A DNA stretch of 64,000 nucleotides. Origin: Candidatus Omnitrophota bacterium. GTDB taxonomy: Bacteria > Omnitrophota > Gorgyraeia > Gygaellales > Profunditerraquicolaceae. The DNA lies in NCBI GenBank assembly GCA_041662125.1, contig JBAZTA010000006.1, positions 5,699 to 69,698 of the forward strand. Direction: 5' to 3'. The translations under genes and the position numbers were made by a program. Position 1 is the stretch's first letter, and each line of letters opens with the position of its first letter. Below are positions 57,053-64,000 of the stretch, piece by piece. The notes under the pieces were generated by a model. That model had not been told where the DNA came from and searched no databases. It worked only from the letters and a program-made list of their open reading frames with translations.

Positions 57053-58710
57053 CCTGATTTCATCCTTTCTATGATCATCTTTCTTTGTTTTTCTAAAAAT
57101 GTCCCGAGGAATAAAATTACTAAACCCCCGGCTATAAAGAACAGCGATTTTTCCTTTAATTTCCAGGTTACATCAATATAACGAGTAATAATGAATAACG
57201 CAAAGATCACAATGCCCAAAGTAAAAATATGGTGCTTTTTAAGCTCAACACCCAAGAAGATGTTACAGAGCGCAAAAACCACCAAAACACTATTCATAAC
57301 TATCGTATTCAATAATAGTGTATGCGGGCTCACCAAGAGAACGAGGTTCCCTGCAAAGGCTGCTAGTATAGCTGTTAATTCTATTCGGCGAGACTTGTTC
57401 TTAAAATCACCGCACTTTACTGCATCGATCAAAAACAAAGCTATAATTCCCGTTAAGATCAGTGATCCGATCAAATATATATTATTTACTGTTTGCGTCC
57501 ATTCACCAAGAAGCGCCTTAAACGCTAAAAGATATACACAAATAAATACCACTAAGTAACCAAACATTTTATAGATCACAGGGAATAAATATCCTCTCCT
57601 GCGGGAAACGATCCCCACAGAATAAATAGATAACCCCAGAAATGATTGAAAAACCATGAACTGCAGCCAGTCAAAGGGATAATTAAACATACGAGAAAAC
57701 GAAGATAACGCTAAATTTATCCCTATCATCAAACCTGCCAGGCAAAAAACCAAATTCTTCTCTAGAGTATCTTTATATGTCAAATAAAGCATATATCCTA
57801 TCGGCAGCAGAAAATAGATATTAGGCTGAAGTTGTCTTACGGTAAAATAAGTGATATCCCAGAAAATAAACGAAAGGCACGCAGTATAAAGATACGCGCG
57901 CTCTTCTTTCTGGGCTAAATAACAGGCCAATAACCCAACGCTTATCAAAAGCGATAGCCATTCATATTTATAAAAACAACAGTAAAAAGATGCCAACAGC
58001 AGGCCAATGATATTGATCCTGCGGGTGAGGATTAAATTCTTAGCTGTCGGCAGCATGAAGAGAAAAATAATAAGAGGATAATAATAATTAGCTATACTGT
58101 TACTACCGCTGTAAAGAAAGTTCCAGATAATGAACAAAACTGAGGCAAGGATATGCACATAATTATTCTTAAAAAAAAGAGCAACGGGCACAATAGGGAA
58201 AGCCCACAGCAGTATGATATACCAGTTTTCAGAAGTAGGAATATTATAGATCTGCCCGATAAGCGCTATAGTGCCTCCCCAGAAAAGTGAGGCTAAAAGC
58301 AATAAACTTTTTCCTAAATTAACAAACCCGTCTTTTTCATAACTAAAGATGTATCCTGCGTAGAGTGTGCCGATAGTTATGGCTAAAAGCATAGCGGTCC
58401 TGAAAAGAGAAGGAATTCTCTGCCAGTTTGACCCCACGAAAAAGATAACGCCTAAACCCACGAATATAACGCCGACAAGAGTGAGGACTTTAACCATATC
58501 CATCTTTTTTCCAGCAACCACTCTTTTTAATTTATAAAGGCTTAAGACAGCATCACCCTGCTCTTTACTGATAATATTTTTCTCTTCCCATAACGGGACT
58601 TCCCGCTGCAGCCAGGAAGAAGGTTTTTTAAAGGCACGAGCGACTGATTTCACAATAACAAAAATAATTACTCCCCACGTTAACAAACTAAGTAATATGC
58701 TCAATATCAT
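57049..58710 (-). CDS. polytopic membrane protein (DUF2157/DUF4401-like) partnered with the GDYXXLXY protein
   Basis: 553 aa. N-terminus 'REVPLWEEKNIISKEQGDAVLSLY' resembles DUF2157, followed by more than 12 TM helices. Overlaps the downstream gene by 4 nt. Confidence 0.5.
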   Translation of the reverse strand: MILSILLSLLTWGVIIFVIVKSVARAFKKPSSWLQREVPLWEEKNIISKEQGDAVLSLYKLKRVVAGKKMDMVKVLTLVGVIFVGLGVIFFVGSNWQRIPSLFRTAMLLAITIGTLYAGYIFSYEKDGFVNLGKSLLLLASLFWGGTIALIGQIYNIPTSENWYIILLWAFPIVPVALFFKNNYVHILASVLFIIWNFLYSGSNSIANYYYPLIIFLFMLPTAKNLILTRRINIIGLLLASFYCCFYKYEWLSLLISVGLLACYLAQKEERAYLYTACLSFIFWDITYFTVRQLQPNIYFLLPIGYMLYLTYKDTLEKNLVFCLAGLMIGINLALSSFSRMFNYPFDWLQFMVFQSFLGLSIYSVGIVSRRRGYLFPVIYKMFGYLVVFICVYLLAFKALLGEWTQTVNNIYLIGSLILTGIIALFLIDAVKCGDFKNKSRRIELTAILAAFAGNLVLLVSPHTLLLNTIVMNSVLVVFALCNIFLGVELKKHHIFTLGIVIFALFIITRYIDVTWKLKEKSLFFIAGGLVILFLGTFLEKQRKMIIERMKSG

Positions 58711-58790
58711 CAGATCCTCCTCATTATTTCCCTATCTGTTTTACACGCAGAGACTTGAATACAACCTGCACCTTGAAAAAACATACTCAC

Positions 58791-59453
58791 TTACTGACTT
58801 TTTCTCTTATAATCTATGCTATAGCAATAAATTTTCAACCTTTCATCTTTCTTTTTAAGATTTCTTAAAATCTGCAATATTTTATTATTCCAACTAAGCC
58901 GTAGGTCATAACGAAGAAACGAAGCATAACCGCGCTCCTCTTTTCGCTTCTTTTTTCTCTGCAAAATTAAATAACATGAGCGCGATGCTCCACCGTTTTT
59001 AGGTTTCAGTAAACATTTTAGCTTCCTGATATCGTTCCGAACGCCTTCTTTTGAAAGTTGGCTGCTCCAATCAGTTATATATTTAATCTCACACGCCCAA
59101 AGTATTGGATCGTTATCCGGCTCTTTAATACTGAATTTTACCCCCATATTTCTATATATTAGTATATCGGGATAATATGGCTTTTTTTTGATATATGTTT
59201 TCGGTTTACAATAAATCCAATCAACATATTCCTCATCAATCAAATCCCTATAGGCATTATATTTCTGTAACCGAAATTTGTTTTTTCTAAGCAATGATTT
59301 TATTCTAAAATAAAGCTCTGCATGGACATCTGCTTCAGACTCCCAAGCGTAAGGAAACTTCGCCCATTCTTTAACAAAGTTTTCGATTTCGCCTTCTACA
59401 ATCCTAATTATTTTTCCTTCTTGCATATAAATAATTACTTTCTTCCTGAACAA
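58791..59453 (-). CDS. hypothetical protein with PD-(D/E)xK nuclease-like motif
   Basis: 220 aa. 'YYPDILIY' ... 'WACEIKYI' gives the D...ExK spacing of restriction-endonuclease-like folds. Very basic C-terminus. AT-rich gene. Confidence 0.35.
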   Translation of the reverse strand: MFRKKVIIYMQEGKIIRIVEGEIENFVKEWAKFPYAWESEADVHAELYFRIKSLLRKNKFRLQKYNAYRDLIDEEYVDWIYCKPKTYIKKKPYYPDILIYRNMGVKFSIKEPDNDPILWACEIKYITDWSSQLSKEGVRNDIRKLKCLLKPKNGGASRSCYLILQRKKKRKEERGYASFLRYDLRLSWNNKILQILRNLKKKDERLKIYCYSIDYKRKSQ

Positions 59454-59533
59454 ATTTAAATTTGAAGATATAAATTATAAAATTTACTCAATTACCTGTT
59501 CCAAAAGTGACTGTCACCTTATTCCCAAAACAA

Positions 59534-60985
59534 TCAACCTATACAATTCAAGTAGCTTTTTATCTGTTGTAACCGATTCTGTAAATCGCTAACCTCCGCC
59601 AAATTTGAGAAACCTTTCAGAAATGGGAAGAATTTTCTATCATCACAATAAGCATTAAAAATACCTTCATTAAGAATTTTTGACTGTGGTGGCATTGATT
59701 CTCTCTCTTTTCGCTTATTAAATGGCGAAGTCTGAACTTGAATGCTCATTTGTAAGAAATCTCTCAAGCACCTAAAGTCACTATCGTTCTTCAATGAGGC
59801 ATAAACAACTGGAAAATATTCGGCAAGAAGGAGCAAAAACAATAAAGCTGGAACATCAGCTGGATTTTTTTCCACATCAAACAGTCTGGCTGCTTCAAGC
59901 AACATCAGCTTATTGACTATCCTCTCCATTCTCCTAGGGTTGCCTAGTAGATCGTCATCGAAAATGTTTTCCACTTTGGCTAATTCCTTATAAACCTTGT
60001 CCCGCGAGTCTCCTGCATGAGAGTCTTTTTCATACATTTTTCCCCATTCGTATCTCTTCATAAAGTGGTATCTTCCCGCGCTGCCTTCTCCCTTGTTATT
60101 CTGCTGCGGAACAGGCATTTTTAGCGCCACTTGAACAATTTTCTCTAGATAATGAGCACCATCAAAGTCCGGATACCGATGATTTACTGCTTTAATCACA
60201 TTCTCCTTATCCATAGCGAGCACATAGATACACGGCAGGCCACGAATCGACAAGAAGCTCGATATGTCCTCAAGGAGAGAAATAACAATATTGGGCAAAC
60301 AACGATCCAGATTATCAATAAAAAAAACAACTTTATTTATATCTCTATTTCCTGAACGTTTTTTAGCCTCTTCTAAACATGCGCGAATAAACTCCGAATA
60401 TTCACATTCTATCTTTTTAACATTATCTTCGTACCGTTCATACTGCTTAAGCAATTTTTTCTTTACAGCTGTGTCAGCTTGATCAAAGTCTATACCAATT
60501 TCTTTATTAATGTATTGATTGGCCAAAACGAGGCCTAACGACCCTAACAAAGAGAATTCTTTTCTCCTAGCTCGGCACCAATATTGTACTCTTTCCACAA
60601 CATTCTTTTCTCCGTCACGACATACAGCAGGTGAGAGACTGCTTTCTAATGCGCACATTAAAGGCAAAACAAGATTGCTTTCATGTCGATATTTCCACGC
60701 ATCAAATACCAATGTTAAATAATTATCTTTTTGTAACTGCTCAACTATGCCATTAATCATGGTTGTCTTCCCACTCCCCCAAGGCCCATACAAACCGATC
60801 GTCAAGGGAGATGTGGCAGCCTCAATGATCCCTATGAATATACCTCTAGCTGTATTAAAACCTAACGTATCAGAATCCCCATATGATTTATCTTTAGGGA
60901 AAAAACATTCGCCAATACGATAAGCATCACCCATGCGATTCTCCTTTTTAATTATATACTGGTTACATCTTGAAATCCCATGCAT
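59534..60985 (-). CDS. KAP-family P-loop NTPase
   Basis: Walker A 'GLYGPWGSGKTT', Walker B region 'VVFFIDNLDRC' (the KAP IDDLDRC signature), and the long helical insert typical of KAP. Confidence 0.8.
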   Translation of the reverse strand: MHGISRCNQYIIKKENRMGDAYRIGECFFPKDKSYGDSDTLGFNTARGIFIGIIEAATSPLTIGLYGPWGSGKTTMINGIVEQLQKDNYLTLVFDAWKYRHESNLVLPLMCALESSLSPAVCRDGEKNVVERVQYWCRARRKEFSLLGSLGLVLANQYINKEIGIDFDQADTAVKKKLLKQYERYEDNVKKIECEYSEFIRACLEEAKKRSGNRDINKVVFFIDNLDRCLPNIVISLLEDISSFLSIRGLPCIYVLAMDKENVIKAVNHRYPDFDGAHYLEKIVQVALKMPVPQQNNKGEGSAGRYHFMKRYEWGKMYEKDSHAGDSRDKVYKELAKVENIFDDDLLGNPRRMERIVNKLMLLEAARLFDVEKNPADVPALLFLLLLAEYFPVVYASLKNDSDFRCLRDFLQMSIQVQTSPFNKRKERESMPPQSKILNEGIFNAYCDDRKFFPFLKGFSNLAEVSDLQNRLQQIKSYLNCIG

Positions 60986-61090
60986 TCTGCTTCTTGTTGA
61001 AGATCTGGGAACACATTACTCAACTCCATCACTATGTTGAATAATTAAATATTGTGTCCCCCGAACTTATGTTGCTGCTTGCTACCGCAA

Positions 61091-61651
61091 TTAACTACGC
61101 TTCCAAATCAAATGACCTATAGACTTAAATTTACTCACACCTAAAGCGCCTCTTTCATTTCTAGCTTTTGAACCAGGAACTAACAAAGCCTTTTTAATTT
61201 CTGATCGTTCAGCTTCATACATACTTAATACCTCAAACTCTTCATCTAGCAGAACTAAAATAACAATATCCCAGTCTTTGTCTAACTTAATACTCCCTAC
61301 CCTCTGCCCTGGTTTTGAATTTCTAAGAACACAGCGACCCTTGATTTGAATTTTGATTTCTTTCCCATTAGCGTGACGAATCGCGTCATATCCAGGCTGC
61401 CTTACTAAAGATAATTCTAGGCCCAAAATCTTAGCTGCAGCAAACTCAGCCACTTCACCGGTTATGCCTAAAGGCTTTCCAGTCAACTCCTTATATTTCT
61501 TAGCTAAATTCTTAGCCTCTTTAATTATCGGTTCAATTTCTGATAATAAAACCACTAAACACTCTCCAAATGAATCGTTCTCTTTTATTTTCTCAATTCG
61601 TTTAAACAAACCCAATCGCCAGGCGCGCGCTCGTATTCCCAAAAGAACCAT
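61091..61651 (-). CDS. hypothetical protein, possibly nuclease-like
   Basis: 186 aa. 'GYDAIRHANGKEIKIQIKGR' has D...E-x-K spacing. The 5' end overlaps the upstream GIY-YIG gene by 67 nt. Confidence 0.35.
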   Translation of the reverse strand: MVLLGIRARAWRLGLFKRIEKIKENDSFGECLVVLLSEIEPIIKEAKNLAKKYKELTGKPLGITGEVAEFAAAKILGLELSLVRQPGYDAIRHANGKEIKIQIKGRCVLRNSKPGQRVGSIKLDKDWDIVILVLLDEEFEVLSMYEAERSEIKKALLVPGSKARNERGALGVSKFKSIGHLIWKRS

Positions 61652-62286
61652 CCGTTAACTGCCGTACCTTTAGCCGCAATAGACTTCCCCGCCATCGATG
61701 GCGAATAAAATTTCTTACCATTAACCATTATTATCCCGTTACGACGAACAAAAGCTCTACATTTCTTACCTTTATACCTAGTCCTCAATCGCAAACTCTG
61801 CCGAAAACTTTGCATATATTTTGCAAGAACTGCTTTCTTCTCTTGTCTTTCCTTGCCATCCAATACCAATCTAGTCATCTCACGTCCTAAAAGCCGATTA
61901 AATTCATTCTTCTGACTATCTCTGATGTCTTTTGCAAAATGGCGTTGCAAATTTTCTGACTTTTTGAATTTACCTTTAACCTTATTCCCAATAGGTTTTG
62001 ATATACGAAGAACTAGAGATTCCAACTCCTTCATATGCTCACTACCGATAGTAAGATATACACTGAATCTATTCCATAATTTTTTATGACGATCCCGTAA
62101 ATGTCCTTTTAAACGAGATCGTAAATTATGAGCTAATCCAACATAATAAAGACGATCGTTCCTATAAAGGGCATAGATACCACTACGTCTCCTGACGTAA
62201 TGCCGAATGATTTTTTGATATTTTTCCAAAGCTTCACTAGAAATATTCTCTAAATGCTGACAAACTAAATGCTCAGATTTAGCCAT
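61585..62286 (-). CDS. GIY-YIG nuclease-domain protein with a Trp-rich C-terminal domain (DUF4357-like)
   Basis: 'SGIYALYRNDRLYYVGLAHNLRSRLKGH' is a GIY-x10-YVG motif. C-terminus 'NGWFFWEYERAPGDWVCLNELR'. Start overlaps the hsdM stop. Confidence 0.6.
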   Translation of the reverse strand: MAKSEHLVCQHLENISSEALEKYQKIIRHYVRRRSGIYALYRNDRLYYVGLAHNLRSRLKGHLRDRHKKLWNRFSVYLTIGSEHMKELESLVLRISKPIGNKVKGKFKKSENLQRHFAKDIRDSQKNEFNRLLGREMTRLVLDGKERQEKKAVLAKYMQSFRQSLRLRTRYKGKKCRAFVRRNGIIMVNGKKFYSPSMAGKSIAAKGTAVNGWFFWEYERAPGDWVCLNELRK

Positions 62287-62287
62287 T

Positions 62288-63739
62288 TTAGCTCCTCTTT
62301 TCCAAGTCCTCTATTACCCCCCTAAATTCCTCCAACGCAGATTCGAGGTCTTTGACGATGTCTTCGGCAATTATGTTAGGATCTGGCAAATTCTCTAGAT
62401 CCTCTAATGATTCATCTTTGAGCCAGAATATATCCAGGCTGATTTTATCGCGTTTAAGTATTTCCGCGTAATCGAATGCTTTGAAACGCTCGCTTTCTTT
62501 TCGCTTATTCCGGTTATCCGGGTTATAGCACTTGATAAAATCTGCCAGGTCTTCGAACTTAAGCGTATTCTCCTTTAAAGTAAAATGCTTATTGGTTCGC
62601 AGGTCGTAAAACCATACCTTTGAAGTCCAGGGCTTTTCCTGGGCTGGTTTTTTGTCGAAAAAGATAACATTAGCCTTAACTCCCTGGGCGTAGAAAATCC
62701 CTGTGGGCAGTCGTAAGATCGTATGCAGATCAAAATCATGTAATAGCTTCTTCCTAACCGTCTCCCCAGCGCCGCCCTCAAACAAAACATTATCCGGCAC
62801 CACTACAGCCGCTCTGCCATGCACTTTCAGGATCGAGGCAATATGCTGGACAAAATTCAGCTGTTTGTTCGAAGTCGTAGTCCAGAAATCATCCCGCTCA
62901 TATGTATCTTTTTCTTTTGCCGCCTTACCGTTCTCTCCAATAATCGTGGTTGAGCTCTTCTTCCCGAAAGGAGGATTGGTCAAAACCATATCGAAATGTT
63001 CGCTACCTTTAGATGCCAAAGCATCAGCCACTTCAACCGGACAACGTTTTGCTCCAATGCCATGGAGATACATATTCATAACACACAAACGAGCAACAGA
63101 TTCAACTATATCCACACCATACAAGGCTTCATTAACCATAAACTCTTTATCGCCTTTGGACATAGTGGGGAACTTTTTGAAGATATAATCAAAAGCATGG
63201 AGCAAAAAACCACCTGTGCCGCAAGCAGGATCGGAGATCTTCATTTTCGGCTCCGGCTTCATCACCGCAACCATCGCCTTTATCAAGGCACGCGGGGTAA
63301 AATACTGGCCGGCGCCGCCTTTAGTATCCTGCGCGTTCTTTTCAAGCAAGCCTTCATAAATAGCGCCCTTAATATCAATATCCAGCCCCAGCCAGGTTTC
63401 ACCATCAATCATGTTGATTAACCGTTTAAGCTTTGCCGGATCCTGGATTTTATTCATAGACTTAGTAAAAATCCGGCCAATAATTCCTTTTTGCTTACCC
63501 AACTCCCGAAGTACGGTTATATAATGCCCCTCAAGCGGTTCACCTTCCAGTTTCTTGAGCGACTTCCAGTTATGCTTTGCAGGAATATCGCAGTCATGAT
63601 ATAACTCATCTCGCTCATCGGACATCTTAAGAAACAGCAAATACGTCAACTGCTCAACGTAATCGCCATAGCTTACTCCATCATCCCGCAACACATCGCA
63701 ATAATTCCACACTTTCTGGACGATTTCATTCTCGCTCAT
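62288..63739 (-). CDS. hsdM: type I restriction-modification N6-adenine DNA methyltransferase subunit HsdM
   Basis: 483 aa. N-terminal HsdM_N 'VWNYCDVLRDDGVSYGDYVEQLTYLLFLKM', SAM motif 'DPACGTGGFL', catalytic 'NPPFG'. Confidence 0.9.
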   Translation of the reverse strand: MSENEIVQKVWNYCDVLRDDGVSYGDYVEQLTYLLFLKMSDERDELYHDCDIPAKHNWKSLKKLEGEPLEGHYITVLRELGKQKGIIGRIFTKSMNKIQDPAKLKRLINMIDGETWLGLDIDIKGAIYEGLLEKNAQDTKGGAGQYFTPRALIKAMVAVMKPEPKMKISDPACGTGGFLLHAFDYIFKKFPTMSKGDKEFMVNEALYGVDIVESVARLCVMNMYLHGIGAKRCPVEVADALASKGSEHFDMVLTNPPFGKKSSTTIIGENGKAAKEKDTYERDDFWTTTSNKQLNFVQHIASILKVHGRAAVVVPDNVLFEGGAGETVRKKLLHDFDLHTILRLPTGIFYAQGVKANVIFFDKKPAQEKPWTSKVWFYDLRTNKHFTLKENTLKFEDLADFIKCYNPDNRNKRKESERFKAFDYAEILKRDKISLDIFWLKDESLEDLENLPDPNIIAEDIVKDLESALEEFRGVIEDLEKRS

Positions 63740-63775
63740 AGGTTCTCTTTTCTTCCTTAAAAATCATTTTTTTAA

Positions 63776-64000
63776 ATCAAATAAGAAATTATCGACCCCT
63801 GATTTGATTATCTCTTCTACTTTTTTATTGTGGTATTGCTTAAAATAGAATTGCTTCTTAAGAACTCCCCTATCTAGACTCTTAACTTTTCCTAATGATT
63901 GGATTATTTGATGAAAAATATATTCCCTATAATTTTGGGGGTAATGAACAGAATCCTTATAAATATCCAGGATTCTAAGTCCGTCAAAGTCTCTAACAGC
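63776..64000 (-). CDS. partial CDS of unknown function (C-terminal 74 aa; start beyond window)
   Basis: I translated the minus strand myself from the window edge: '...AVRDFDGLRILDIYKDSVHYPQNYREYIFHQIIQSLGKVKSLDRGVLKKQFYFKQYHNKKVEEIIKSGVDNFLF*', stop at 63776..63778. Does not look like an HsdS or HsdR C-terminus. Confidence 0.4.

Noticed and set aside
62703-63421. Plus-strand ORFs 62703..63188 and 62996..63421 inside hsdM
   Set aside because: Antisense to a complete HsdM with all catalytic motifs. No ribosome-binding sites.
1-64000. Search for tRNA, rRNA, tmRNA or RNase P-like genes in the larger intergenic gaps (36.8-37.3 kb, 40.5-40.6 kb, 42.7-43.0 kb)
   Set aside because: No cloverleaf-compatible segments were recognised by eye (acceptor stem, T-loop GTTCRANYC or CCA context). 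The structured elements found are better explained as csp 5'UTRs, REP-like hairpins and terminators. A tRNAscan or Infernal run would be needed to be certain.

Overview
64-kb window, roughly 40-43% GC, gene-dense, with almost every gene on the minus strand (exceptions: a Wzx-like flippase and an amidinotransferase). No rRNA, tRNA or CRISPR array was recognised. The gene content points to an uncultivated anaerobic diderm bacterium: TolC-type outer-membrane channels, ferredoxin-dependent 2-oxoacid oxidoreductase, ACR3/ArsM/ArsP, B12-radical SAM and TrpB2. The 2,532-aa ORF and the dense type IV pilus content are reminiscent of Omnitrophota-like nanobacteria, but that is inference only. Blocks from 5' to 3': (1) partial 2-oxoacid:ferredoxin oxidoreductase alpha, site-2 protease, cspA-1 followed by a tandem array of GC-rich hairpin (REP-like) repeats. 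(2) A type IV pilus cluster: PilP-like, PilO, a PilM-PilN fusion, a PilX-like minor pilin carrying a discoidin (F5/8 type C) domain, two minor pilins, a major pilin and PilC. (3) A 7.6-kb ORF for a 2,532-aa signal-peptide protein with two internal hydrophobic hairpins and no recognisable domains, bracketed by terminators. (4) An AbrB-like regulator followed by TolC-MacA-MacB. (5) Housekeeping and efflux genes: MATE, ABC-F, MsrB-MsrA, CorA, YciH, GH1. (6) A glycan-modification cluster: flippase, StrB1-like amidinotransferase, GHL10, CE4 deacetylase lipoprotein. (7) A cold-shock/RNA-chaperone island: two further csp genes, two paralogous tiny Gly-rich CxxC-x17-CxxC zinc-ribbon proteins (one of 59 aa is absent from the ORF track), and an Arg/Phe-rich disordered protein. 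(8) B12-radical SAM and CusCBA heavy-metal efflux. (9) An arsenic island: DUF134 regulator, arsP, arsM, three thiol-redox proteins, ACR3. (10) TrpB2, family-4-like UDG, and a GDYXXLXY/DUF2157 membrane module. (11) An AT-rich defence-like island: PD-(D/E)xK-like protein, KAP P-loop NTPase, nuclease-like hypothetical, GIY-YIG protein and a type I HsdM with no HsdS or HsdR in view. The strongest candidates for an undescribed system are the giant ORF placed between MacAB-TolC and the pilus genes, the csp/zinc-ribbon island, and the KAP-NTPase island. All calls come from reading the sequence and ORF translations; no database search was run.
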